A stretch of DNA of 64,000 nt, from assembly GCF_963921235.1 (NCBI RefSeq), contig NC_086108.1, positions 16,120,001 through 16,184,000 of the forward strand, given 5' to 3'. Below, in pieces: positions 52,630-64,000 of the stretch. Position 1 is the stretch's first letter; each line of letters begins with the position of its first letter. The position numbers and the translations under genes are program-made. The stretch comes from Mobula hypostoma (Eukaryota). The notes under the pieces are model-generated. The model saw only the letters and a program-made list of their open reading frames with translations. It had not been told where the DNA came from and did no database searches.

Positions 52630-54590
52630 TAAGATGATAAAATATAGCAGAATTAGACAGTCAGCCCATCGAGACTAGCTCTGCCATTACTTCATGGCTG
52701 ATTTATTATCCCTCTCAACCCCATTCTCCTGTCTTTTCCCCATAACCTTTGATGCCCTGATGATTAAGAACCTGTCAAACTCTGCTTTTAATATATTCAA
52801 TGATTTAGCCTGCACAGATGCACGTGGCAATGAATTCCACTGATTCACTACCCTCTGGCTAAAGAAATTCCTCCTCATCTCTGTTCTAAAGGACATCCCT
52901 CTATTCTAAGGCTGTGCCCTCTGATTCTAAACTTCCCCACTATAGAAAACATCCACTCTATCTCAACCTTTCAATATTTGAAAGATTTCGATGAGATCCC
53001 CTGTCATTCTTCTAAACTCCAGCGAGTGCAGGCACAGAGCCATCAAATGCTCATCATATGTTCAGCCTTCCATTCCTTGGATAGTTTTCATGAACTTCCT
53101 CTGGACTCTCTCCAATGTCAGCACATCCCTTCTTATGTAAGAGGCCCAAAATTGCTCACAGTACCCAATATGCGGTCTGACCAATGTCTTATAAAGACTC
53201 AGCATTACATCCTTGCATTTGTACTCTAGTCCTCATGAAATGGATACTAACATTACCTTTGACTTCCTTACCATTGACTCAACCTGCAAGTTAACCTTGA
53301 GGGAATCCTACATGAGAACTCCCATGGCACTCTACACCTCTGATTTTTAAAAAAATTTTCTCCCCATTTACAGAATAGTCCGTGCCTGTTGTATACTTAA
53401 TATTTCAATAATATTTGAGTAATCTTGTATGTATAAATGCTTATATATATAGTTTGATTAAGCATTAACAATTAATTATGGGTTATATGTAAAAATATAC
53501 TGATTGCATCCTCATGCTACCATTTGATACGTGTGCCTTGTTTAAAGTAAAGAAGAAGCCAGATTCGCATTTCGGACTCCCGTGTCTTCCTTTGAATTAA
53601 TTGAATGTTTGAAGTTATAGAACATAACGCTTTTATTCCTTCTGTCAAAGTGCATGACCATTATATTCTTTCATCTGCAAACTTAGCCACAAAGCCATCA
53701 ATTTCTTCACCCTAATTTTTCACAGGTAACAAGAAAAGAAGCAGTCCCTACACTGACATCACTAGTCACTGGCAGTCAACCAGAAAAGGCCCCCTTTATT
53801 CCCGCTCGTTGCCTCCTGCCTGTCAGCCAATCTTATGTTCAAGCTAGTATCTTTCCTATAAACATTGGCTCTTATTAAACAGCCTCATGAGTGGCACCTT
53901 GTCAAAGGCCTTTTGAAAATCCAAGTAGACAACATCCACTTGTTATTTCCTCAAAGAATTTCTACAGAGTTGTCAGGCAGGATTTTCCCAGAAGGAAACT
54001 ATGCTGACTTTGGCCTAATTTATCATGTACTTCCAATTACCCAAAACCTCATTTTTAATATTGGATTCCAACATCTTCCCAACTGCTGAAGTCAAGCTAA
54101 TTGGTATAGAATTTCCTTTCTTCTGCCTCTTTCCTTTCCTGAAGTGTGGAGTGACATTTGCAATTTCCCAGTCCTCCGGAACGATTCCGCAATATAGTGA
54201 TTTTTGCAATATCATTACTAATGCCTCCACAGGCTCTTCAGCTACCTCTTTCAGAACCCTGAGTTGTAGTGCATGTGGTCCAGGTGACTTATCTACCTTC
54301 AGACCGTTCAGCTTCCCAAACACCTTCTCCTTAGTAAAAGCAACTACACTCACTTCTGACCCTGACAATCTTGAATTTCTGGCGTGCTACTTGTGTCTTC
54401 CATAATGAAGACTGATGCAAAATATTTATTGATTTCGTCCACCATTTCTTTGTCCCCCATTACTACCTCTCCAGCATCATTTTCTAGTGGTCCGATATCC
54501 TCTCACTCTTTGTGTATCTGAAGAAAAACTTTTAGTATTCTCTTTTGCATTATTGGCTAGCTTACCTTCATATTTCATGATTTCTCTTGC
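52630..54590 (-). mobile_element. Degenerate CR1 with an AT-rich insert at 53387-53628
   Basis: KVDKSPGP..VPEDWEIANVTP; FRTEMRRNFFSQRVVN. Confidence 0.85.
53387..53628. mobile_element. Possible small solo LTR
   Basis: TGTTGT...ATAAC termini interrupting a CR1; TSD unclear. Confidence 0.4.
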
Positions 54591-54824
54591 TTTCGTGCTG
54601 TTGTAACTCTATGACTCCATTTGAAAAGTATCTTGCTGACTGCTCTGTGCTTTGAGAGGTGATGAGGCCATGAATGTTCAATGAGAACTAGCTCTCACCT
54701 TTTCTGAATCCAAAACATAACGAGACACCTAATATCACTCAGGCATGAGCTTCACAACTATCTGGCCAAACGTTAATTGTCTGTCTCCTGATGGGAGAAA
54801 GAAATATGTCATCTAATGGCCTTT

Positions 54825-54928
54825 CAAGCAACGCACATCAAAGTTGCTGGTGAACGCAGCAGGCCAGGCAGCATCTCTAGGAAGAGGTACAGTCGACGTT
54901 TCGGGCCGAGACCCTTTGTCAGGACTAG
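54825..54928 (-). mobile_element. Single-arm Penelope-like repeat with near-consensus hammerhead (54891-54926), TSD ATGGCCTTT
   Basis: TSD at 54816-24 and 54929-37; minus strand AGTC-CTGACAA-AGGGTCTCGGCCC-GAAA-CG-TC-GACT. Confidence 0.85.
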
Positions 54929-55185
54929 ATGGCCTTTAGCTGGTTTTTATAGACAACCATGGAAAAATCGACCTGGGGCAGGAAACCTTATCCAAGTAAC
55001 TATCATTTCCCAGGGCTTCTTAATGATTTTTGGCTTTGGCAGAGCACCTGGGAATGCGGTCATTGGAAATGGACTACAGGATAACATAACAACCACAATG
55101 GTGGCCATATGGCCTGTTCCCTTCCAACAGAAAGAGGGAAATGAAGCTTAGCCCCGGACCAGCCCCCACCTCCCAGCTCCCTTAC

Positions 55186-55429
55186 TTGCATCTTCTGCTG
55201 ATGGCTTTGGGAGTATCAGCATGGAGCCGAGATTGGCCGTGTCTTCAGTGACCAGCAACTTCCAGTCCTCATCAGTCAGGCTCTCAGAGTCGCCGACGGC
55301 AGTGCAGGCCTGGCTCAGCAGTAGTGCCCGCGCCATCCTCCTGATGAACAAGTCTTCAGCATCTGTTGTAGGTGTTGGCAACTTCTTGCACTCTGTCCAG
55401 CTGCTTGGATCATTGGGTTCACTCCCAGC
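55186..55429 (-). CDS. RGSL1: RGSL1-like exon C (244 nt, AGSEPND...ALLLSQA...LVTEDTANLGSM...EDA)
   Basis: Acceptor ttacttgctctatttaag|, donor A|gtaagg, phase 0/1, open frame. Confidence 0.8.
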
Positions 55430-56055
55430 CTTAAATAGAGCAAGTAAGAAGAATGTGATCATAATTCCAAAATTGAGATTGCATTGGACTTAAAAACAAC
55501 CATTCTGAGAATCTGGATTGCAATTTCACATTTAAATTCTTCCTCAGTCCATCCCTGAGGTTTCCAACTCATTCTCGACCTGCATGTAAAATGCGAGTGT
55601 AGCGGGCATTAAGTGAACTGGTCAGAGAGTCAGCAAGGATCTGTAAAGCATATCTGACTTCTCAAACCTGACTGTATTGTTTTCAAGGCAGTCTGCAAAG
55701 CAGAAGGTAGGGTATGTCGATGGGTATTACTTAATGATGCTTCCCAAAAGGCAGCAGACAAAAGCAGAAGCTTTGTTTCAGCCCTGCAAGATGATTAAAG
55801 GATTTGATAGGCAGAGAGTGAGTCTATTTCCCCTGGTTTGGAGTCCAGATGTTCAAACCTGGTGCTAGACTACTGACACACTATAATCTTTCACACAATT
55901 ATAATATTAATAGAACACATTAAGACAAGGTACCTATGTGGAAGAATACCAAATGGGTCTGTTGGTAAAAATGAAATCAAATACTTAGAAAGAGGTGACA
56001 TAGATTCAGAAAGTGTAGAATCTGTATGGGTAGAGTAAAGAAACTGCAAGGGTAA

Positions 56056-56968
56056 TGTGACGAACGAGGGTTACAAAAGTACACATAGACTAAGATGTTA
56101 ACTGTCCTGTGCTAGCACCAGTGGGATCAACAGTTGATCTGCCACCTGTCTTCAGGAGAGAGAGATAAGTAAGACAATGGAGCAGCATTTGGAAATGTTA
56201 ATGAAGAGACGAGAGAGCTTAACGGAAGGAGACACCGGTCTGAGTATTGTCAAGACCGACTCCTTTTGAACCCTGAACTTTTTGAAGTGTGATGGACAGG
56301 CGATACCCCAGCAGGGGGATAAAAAGGGACAGGTTCGCTAAGGCAATCGACACACGACTCCACGAGGTAACGAGACCCTGAAAGCGGTGTGCCCCCCCCC
56401 CCACAAGTTGGTGGGAGTTGTTGGAGGTCTGGTCGCGGGACCAGCCAGAGATGCACAGGGTTGAAAGGTACGGATCGGCGGGAACCTGGTGTGTGTGTCC
56501 ACCCTTGCCGGGGTGCTGGGTTCACCGCAGAAGAACGATCGTATCTGGAACGGAGGGGTCACAGTCGGTGACCTCAGAAGACATTACCAAGGACTCGTCC
56601 GAAAGCTAACTGCGAGGAATATCGAAGGTCTGTGTGGAATCCATTTTGAATATTCATTCGCTTTCGCTCTCTCTCCTTTTTCCCCGCCCAACGGCACAAC
56701 AGTGATTATTGTGAACTGAACTGAACTTTGCGTCACTTGAAACTGGTCATTTATCCCTAGACTGCAATAGAGCTTGATTGATCCTATTATCCTAGTTCTG
56801 TGTACATGTGTGTTTTATCGTTACTGAACTGTTGCATTTATTATCCTTGTGATTAGAGTACTGTGTTGTTCATTTCTTTAATAAAACTTTCTTAGTTCCA
56901 GTAATCCAGATTCCAACTGAGTGGTCCATTTCTGCTGGTTTGGCAACCCAGTTACGGGGTACGTAACA
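56056..56968 (+). mobile_element. Solo LTR, TSD GTAA, inserted in a CR1 endonuclease fragment (55950-57480)
   Basis: TGTGAC...GTAACA; gtaa at 56052-55 and 56969-72; flanks rejoin as VESVWVE.RNCKG.KTLIGVVY. Confidence 0.92.
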
Positions 56969-57481
56969 GTAAAAAGACCCTGATAGGAGTTGTATACAAG
57001 CCTCTAAACAGTAGTCATAATGGGGGATTAAAATGGGCAATGGGTCGTAGGTGATTTCAATATGCAGGTCAGGTAGATTAGGAAAATACATTCGGTGCTG
57101 AATCCCAGAAGAGGAAATATGTAGAATGCCTATAAGATGGATTTTTAGAGCAGCCTGTGATTGAGCCCAAAATAGGGAAGGAAATTCTGGATTGGGTGTT
57201 GTGTAATGAACCAGATTTCATTAGGGAGCTTAAGGTAAAGGAACCCTTAGGAATCAGTGAATCATAATATGATAGAACTCACCCTGCAGTTTGAGAGGGA
57301 GAAGATGGGTGGAGAGGAAGGTAATCTTGAGGAAGCAGGGAGTCTGCAGGAGTAAGACAGATTGGGAGAATGGGCAAAGAAGTGGCGGATGAAATAGAGT
57401 GTAGGGTAGCATATGGTCATGCACTTTGGTAGAAGGAATAAGGACGTAGGCTACTTTCTAAATGGGAAGAAAATTCACAAA

Positions 57482-57836
57482 GACCCTCTACCCGCCTCTA
57501 CCACCTTCGCTGGCAGCCCATTCCACGCACTCACCACTTCCTGCGTAAAAAACTTACCTCTGACATCCCCCTTGTACCTTCTTCCAAGCACCTTAAAACT
57601 ATTTCCCCTCGTGTTAGCCATTTCAGTCCTGGGAAAAAGCTTCTGGCTATCCACACAATCAATGCCTCTCATCATCTTATACACCTCAATCAGGTCACTT
57701 CTCATTCTCCATAACTCCAAGGAGAAAAGGCCAAGTTCACTCAACCTATTCTCATAAGGTATGCTCTCCAATCCAGGCAACATCCTCGTAAATCTCCTCT
57801 GTACTCTCTCTATAGTATCCACATCCTTCCTGTAAT
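57482..57836 (-). mobile_element. CR1 C-terminal fragment
   Basis: YRKDVDTIERVQRRFTRMLPGL...KFFTQEVVSAWNGLP. Confidence 0.85.
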
Positions 57837-57861
57837 ATGTTCCAGACTCTCTGAAATGGAA

Positions 57862-58122
57862 GTATAGGACCTTCTGGCCCTTTGAGCCATGCTGCCTCAA
57901 CAACTCCGATTTAACCCTAACCTAGTTATGCAATAGCCAATGACCAATTAACCTATTCAGTAGCTCTCTGGACTGTGGGAGGAAAGCAGAGAGTCCAGGA
58001 AAAATCCACCATTCCACAGGGAGGACGTACAGACTCCTTACAGATGAGATCGGGATTGAACCCTGAACTCCGATGCCCCGAGCTGTAATAGCGTTGCACT
58101 GACCACTATGCTACCGTGGCAC
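57862..58122 (-). mobile_element. tRNA-derived V-SINE-like element
   Basis: Minus strand TAGCATAGTGG (A box), GGTTCAATCCC (B box), and ttcctcccaca V-like domain. Confidence 0.75.
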
Positions 58123-58259
58123 CCTAGTTAACTTCATGAGGATTTGCACATGCACTGGTGCTCAGAGACCTGCATCTCAATCTTACTGTCCTATGGTGTC
58201 ATCTTGAGCAGTAAAACCCATGGAGATGGACACTGCAAGATGATCTGCAAACGTCTTAC

Positions 58260-58322
58260 CACAAGATTAAGGAAACTCTTATCCTCTTCATCCAGAAACT
58301 CATCATACGTTTCTTGGAGTGT
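58260..58322 (-). CDS. RGSL1: RGSL1-like exon B (63 nt, TLQETYDEFLDEEDKSFLNLV)
   Basis: Acceptor ttttctactcttccaacag|, donor |gtaaga, phase 0/0. The YDEFLDEED motif follows AQKEIC as in RGSL1. Confidence 0.85.
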
Positions 58323-58714
58323 CTGTTGGAAGAGTAGAAAACACATCGGTGAGTTTGTCTCTGTTTCACACACACCAAGATCACTCCCTGCCTGTTCTGT
58401 GTGGCATCGGACCATTTAGTGGGTATCGGACCATGATGGGTTGGCAAATCTCAGGAGATACAGCATTACACCTGGCTTTGTTTCTCCATAGCCAGGGAGA
58501 GGGAGTTTGGTCAAGTTTCCCACATTTGCAATTTTTAGATGACTCTTTGAAAGCAAGAGCAGAAAGAGTGTTGTGGGAGGGTCAGGGTCAGCCTCAAGAG
58601 GGAAGTGTGGACTGACATCATGTAGTGACTGTAGCATTGGTAAACGAGGTGAACAAAATTATCACACTTTCTTTGTGCCTGAACAGTATCATTAATATTT
58701 ATTCCCATGACTTT

Positions 58715-58732
58715 GTGTAGTGTGAGTGTGTG

Positions 58733-58772
<40 letters not shown>

Positions 58773-58845
58773 TGTGTATATGTGTGTGTGTGTATGTGTG
58801 TGTGTAGTGTAAGTACATAGTGTGTGTGTATATGTATATGTAGTG

Positions 58846-58876
<31 letters not shown>

Positions 58877-60129
58877 TATGTAGTGTGTATGTGTGTGTAT
58901 GTGTGTAGTGTATGTACGTAGTGTGTGTGTATGTGTAGTGTGTGTGTGTGTGTGTAGTGTATGTATGTAGTGTGTGTGTGTGTGTGTAGTATATGTATGT
59001 AGTGTGTGTGTGTATGTGTAGTGTGTGTGTGTGTAGTGTATGTATGTAGTGTGTGTGTATGTGTAGTGTGTGTGTGTATGTGTAGTGAGTGTGTGTGTGT
59101 GTGTGTAGTGTATGTATGTAGTGTGTGTGTATGTGTAGTGTGTGTGTGTGTGTGTAATGTATGTAGTGTGTGTAGTGTATGTATGTAGTGTGTGTGTATG
59201 TGTAGTGTGTGTGTGTGTAGTGTATGTATGTAGTGTGTGTGTGTATGTGTAGTGTGTGTGTGTGTGTGTGTGTGTGTGTAGTGTATGTATGTAGTGTGTG
59301 TGTGTGTGTGTGTGTGTAGTGTATGTATGTAGTGTGTGTGTATGTGTAGTGTGTGTGTGTGTGTGTGTAGTGTATGTATGTAGTGTGTGTGTGTGTGTAG
59401 TGTGTGTGTGTGTGTGTAGTGTATGTATGTAGTGTGTGTGTGTGTGTGTAGTGTATGTATGTAGTGTGTGTGTGTGTGTGTGTGTGTGTGTAGTGTATGT
59501 ATGTAGTGTGTGTGTGTATGTGTAGTGTGTGTGTGTGTGTGTGTAGTGTATGTATGTAGTGTGTGTGTGTGTGTGTGTGTGTAGTGTATGTATGTAGTGT
59601 GTGTGTGTGTGTAGTGTATGTATGTAGTGTGTGTGTGTGTGTGTGTAGTGTATGTATGTAGTGTGTGTGTGTAGTGTGTGTGTGTGTGTAGTGTATGTAT
59701 GTAGTGTGTGTGTGTGTGTGTAGTGTATGTATGTAGTGTGTGTGTGTGTGTGTGTGTGTAGTGTATGTATGTAGTGTGTGTGTGTGTGTGTAGTGTATGT
59801 ATGTAGTGTGTGTGTATGTGTAGTGTATGTATGTAGTGTGTGTGTGTAGTGTGTGTGTGTGTGTGTGTGTGTGTAGTGTATGTATGTAGTGTGTGTGTGT
59901 GTGTGTAGTGTATGTATGTAGTGTGTGTGTATGTGTAGTGTATGTATGTAGTGTGTGTGTGTGTAGTGTGTGTGTGTGTGTGTGTGTAGTGTATGTATGT
60001 AGTGTGTGTGTGTGTAGTGTGTGTGTGTGTGTGTGTGTAGTGTATGTATGTAGTGTGTGTGTGTGTGTGTAGTGTATGTATGTAGTGTGTGTGTGTGTAG
60101 TGTATGTATGTAGTGTGTGTGTGTATGTG

Positions 60130-60177
<48 letters not shown>
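58715..60177. repeat. Compound (GT)n microsatellite with higher-order unit GTAGTGTATGTATGTAGT(GT)n
   Basis: About 1.46 kb containing almost only G, T and A. Confidence 0.97.
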
Positions 60178-60180
<3 letters not shown>

Positions 60181-60371
60181 TTGGTGGTCTCCCATAGTGG
60201 AGCTGCAGATTCTTTTCATGCCTTATTATCCTGACATAATGTACTAACTCCTGGTGACAGAAACCTTCATCAACCCATAAGTAACTGATGTAACCTCTAG
60301 AAGTTTGCAGCACAGAAATGCCACCAGAAATCTGAAAGAGGAATCCAGTTCATTCCTCTCCCTAGCCCTTA

Positions 60372-60663
60372 GGAAGCACAGTAGCACAGTGGTTAGTGCG
60401 CCACTTTACAATATCAGTGACCCTGGTTCAATTCCTACCACTGCCCGTAAGGAGTTTGTACGTTCTCTCCATGACCACATGGGATTCCTCCGGGTGCTCC
60501 GGTTTCCTCCCACTGTCCAAAGACGTACCGGTGCGTAGGCTAATTGGTCAATGTAAATTGTCCCGGGATTCGGCTAGGGTTAAATTGGGGGTTGCTGGCA
60601 GCATGGCTCGAAGGGCTGAAAGGAGCTGTTCCGCTCTGTAACTCAACAAATAAATAAATAAAT
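60372..60663 (+). mobile_element. tRNA-derived V-SINE-like element with (TAAA)n tail
   Basis: A box TAGCACAGTGG, B box GGTTCAATTCC, V-domain-like ccgggtgctccggtttcctcccac. Confidence 0.85.
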
Positions 60664-61121
60664 ACGTCGTTCCAGATCTATTTCATGAGCAAGTAGTTTT
60701 CCAAAACCCTTTGAAAAACTACCAGTGCATCTGATTCCAATCATTGGTTTAAAATAAATCTCAGCTAGTTTATTATCGCCATCATCTGACCCAGTGGGAC
60801 AATTTGTCCTAATCGTTTACAGACAGATCAGCCATGATCTTATTGAATGGTGGGGCAGGCTCGATGGGCCGGATGGCCTACTCCTTCTCCTATTTCTTAT
60901 TATGTTCATATACGGAGGTCAGCTGGCATGACTATTGCTAACTAAGTAATAATGTCTTGTTTTGCCCTGGCCGTGTGTTTTCACATTGAATGACATTATT
61001 CCTTCTTTCAGCAATTCATCCCAGGGTCAGCATAGAGCAGCACCTGTGCCCTCTCTACACTGGTACTCTACTCCTCCTTCACAGGCACACACTAAAGCCA
61101 AAATCAAGAGTGGATCCTCAC

Positions 61122-62050
61122 CTCACATATCTCCTTCTGGGCGGCAAATATCCACGGAATGACCTGTCCTGAGGGGAGGAGAGTCTTGAGGTTCTCAGTA
61201 GTTGCTACCTGCAGATTGGTATATTGGTTGCTATTCTCTGTTAGGTACACTTCAACAATCTTCTCAGCCACGATCTTCCTGAGGAGATACCCAGCTCTGT
61301 CCTTCACACTCAGCACAATGCTCAGGAAGTTGCCCATTTCATGCCAGAGGCACAGGTACTGGAGCTTGGAGAGGTTACCACTCACCCTCAGGAAGGTTGC
61401 AAATGGTTCGCCTGCCAGCAGGTCTGCATTAAAGGCCCAGTGGAGGTACCTGAAGTGCTGGGGCAACTCTGGAAACCTCCGACACTGTAGCATCGAGGGT
61501 GCTTTGATGAGCGGGATAGAGGAGCCCAACTGTGGGAAGACATATTCACTCTGCATGTTCGTTGCCCCTTTATCTTTAGCTTCTGTAGAGCAAGGAACAC
61601 GTTGCGGTGCCCGGGAAGAGCACCCTGACTCATCCTGCTTGGGGAAACTATGCAAAGTGGACTTGGGGTCAACTATCCTTGGCTGTGCCTGGCAACTGTC
61701 CCGTTGCTCCTTGGCTTTGAAGTTGTGTGTCTTCGTGGGTTTGCCCTTGCAATAGGGCAGCCTCCACAGGAGATGCTTGTGAGCCTTGGTGAAGTAGGGC
61801 TGCGTAATGCCTTCTCTGTGCGTGATGCTCATCGTTAGGATGGGGGAAGGTGACTTTCTTTGCGACACCTTTCCTTGATACTCTTGGATGATGACACCGT
61901 ACTCCTTCACCTTTCTCAGGCTCTGTTTGCAGTGTGTCAGGAAACGAGGCAACCAGTAACCTTTCAGTTTCTCCAAGACCTGCTTTTGCAGTTTCACCAG
62001 AAAATCCCTCCTGGTGCGAAAGGGCTTCTTTGATTTTAACAATGGAACAT
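61122..62050 (-). CDS. RGSL1: RGSL1-like gene, internal exon A (929 nt; alternative NAGNAG acceptor at 62053)
   Basis: Polypyrimidine tract then ...tttgagaag| acceptor; donor GAG|gtgagg (phase 0). The peptide TRRDFLVKLQKQVLEKLKGYWLPRFLTH...LLPSGQVIPWIFAAQKEICE resembles my recollection of vertebrate RGSL1 (YWLP.F.TH; LLPSG.VIPWI..AQKEIC). Confidence 0.85.
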
Positions 62051-62249
62051 CTTCTCAAATAGGAGGAGAAAGAAACATGAATCAGACAGACTTACAAGTT
62101 TCTGGATTCCATACCCAAAGGACTGTTACAGCTCAGATGGTATTTTCCAAGGGCTACCATACCTACACCCACATCCCTATCACACCCTCAACAGGCAAAG
62201 CAGAGCATGGCTCTGGAAACACTTTGCTCCTCTCTGGCTAAGTTAGAAC

Positions 62250-64000
62250 TAGTCCGTGAGCCAGGACCCCAAATTTGGGCCACCAGTACCATCTGGGGGG
62301 AATAATTCTTATAGTGATTTTTGGCAAGGTATACACCCCTAGTGCTAGAAAATACGTGATAGCATTGCAGCGGTGGTAGCTATTGAAGCCACAGTGAACA
62401 AAGACACATAGACTCCTGGAGGCACATCACAGTTCAGCCTGAATGCTGGAGCTATCAAGCATTACTACATAACAGCTGAGCATCGCAGTGCATTCCTGGG
62501 ACAGTTAAGGGAGATGGTGCAAGGCAACAAATCAGAGCTTTGTCCTGTGGAGTTACAGTGGCAAAGAATCCATAAAGATGAGGAGGCAGTTTCAGCAGTG
62601 GTTACATGAATGGGTCAACCCATTTGCAGAGAAGTGGGACCTCATTAGCATCTCTACGGCAAAGGCAGCCCCCAAGGACATTGCCTCCGACCTGATGAAG
62701 GCATATGAGATTGGTGAGCAATGCTATGCAACCTTCAAGGATCAGAGACTAGAGGAAGACCCACCAGCGAAGAAATTCCATGACCCAATGAAAACCAACA
62801 AGCTGAAAACATTCAGTGATATGTGTAAGAAGAGAGAAGTGAAATCAAGTGGGAGGGCAATCATCTTGAAAGCAGACTGGTCCTTGTTTGGACGTATCAT
62901 AGTGATGGCACAAGGGCGCAGTCTACGTATGGAGGATATATTTTCTCATCCTTTCTCTGCCAGGACAAATAGGTACAAGAACAGTTTCTTACCATATGCC
63001 ATCAGTCTTATGAACACTTGAATTTTAGTCTATTATAAACCAAGTCCACCTGTACATACACTGGTATATAGTTCACGATTATTTGAACTATTGTTTTGTT
63101 TGCTTTTTGATTCTGTACAGCGAGAGCTCAGGGAAACCGGCATCAAATTCCCTGTATGTGTCCACATACTTGGCGATAATAAAGGATTCTGATTCCGATT
63201 CTGATCCCCTTGGACCATTGCCCTGGGCCCTGTCCACACCAGAACGATCACTGAGAAAGACAAATAAAGCTACTTCAGCTACAACCTTGCAGAAAAATGT
63301 AGCAGTAGAAGAGCAACTCTCAGGAAACTCTGCTACAGTGGTTGATGGAATGAACTTGGTCCAAAGAGTGAAAGGTGATCAAGTTACTTTCAGAGATGTT
63401 GCCACAACAGTTCTGGGTATGGCTGTAAGGGAAGTCAGTCAGAGTAGCAGAATAGATATTGTGTTCGACACATACAAGGAGAACTCTATCATAGTGAAGG
63501 ATCTCTACGGGGTGAAGAGACTGGTCATGAGTTGCAAGATATTACAGGCACACAGATGGTGAGGCAGTGGAGGAGCTTCCTGACCAAAGTCAGTAACAAA
63601 AATAGTCTCATTAGCTTCATAGCCCATGAATGGAGGAAGGTGGAGTTCAGAGCAAAGCTACAGGAGAAGATTCTGTATGTAACTGTGAATGATAAATGTT
63701 ACAGAATCACATCTCAAGACAGTGAGGAGGTGTCAGCTCTTCAGTGTCAACAAGAAGAAGCAGATGGCCGCCTACTTCTCCATGCTGCCCATGCCACAAG
63801 AGAGGGATACCAATCTGAGGTGATCTGCTCAGAAGACACAGGTGTCTTTATCATGACTTTAGCATTTTGTGACAAGATTGAGGCCCCATTGTTCCAGAAG
63901 TGTGGCACTAGAACCTGTGCAAGGCTTGTAGACATCAGGAATGTTGCTACCACTGTTGGCATAGAGGTTTGTAGGGCTCTCATCGGGTTGCACACATATA
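62250..64000 (+). mobile_element. Academ-like (XPG/PIN-nuclease type) DNA transposon remnant, continuing beyond the window
   Basis: IEATVNKDT.TPGG, VNPF, FHDPMKTNKLKTF, HPLGPLPWAL, VVDGM, RIDIVFDTY, EEADGRLLLHA, SEDT.V, ALIGLH. The 5' boundary (TAGTCC at 62250) is tentative. Confidence 0.7.
62952..63203 (+). mobile_element. 5'-truncated Rex1/Babar-like LINE 3' end with (GATTCT)n tail
   Basis: ARTNRYKNSFLPYAISLMN*, AATAAA, gattctgattccgattctg; ATCC on both sides; removal restores FSHPLGPLP. Confidence 0.75.

Noticed and set aside
58535..60313. 592-aa and 506-aa His/Thr/Tyr-rich ORFs
   Set aside because: Translation artefacts of the (CA)n-based satellite.
1..64000. CRISPR array, retron or other prokaryotic RT system; true tRNA genes
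   Set aside because: No repeat-spacer array; all RTs are eukaryotic LINE or LTR types; tRNA-like boxes are SINE heads without a full cloverleaf.

Overview
Eukaryotic, vertebrate genomic DNA; the repeat spectrum (dense CR1 LINEs, V-SINE-like SINEs, Penelope-type hammerhead repeats) suggests a cartilaginous fish, which is an inference. The only host gene I can support is a minus-strand RGSL1-like (regulator of G-protein signalling-like) gene. Seven phase-compatible GT-AG exons run from 62050 down to 25015 (about 1.77 kb of CDS), and both ends of the gene appear to lie outside the window. Most of the rest is nested intronic transposon debris. It includes more than 20 CR1 copies or fragments, a TSD-flanked L1-clade element (13239-19025), an RTE fragment, and a complete but decayed Gypsy LTR element with PNMA-like Gag (31047-40314, TSD CTCA) carrying two nested CR1s. 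There are also two solo LTRs of a second family, tRNA-derived SINEs, an Academ-like (XPG-type) DNA transposon interrupted by a Rex1-like tail, and a 1.46-kb compound (GT)n satellite. The most unusual signals are short, often palindromic, TSD-flanked non-coding insertions carrying a minimal hammerhead-ribozyme motif, and two CR1 copies 13 kb apart that share the same frameshifts. There are no prokaryotic genes, CRISPR arrays or rRNA. Family assignments come from recalled motifs, not database searches.
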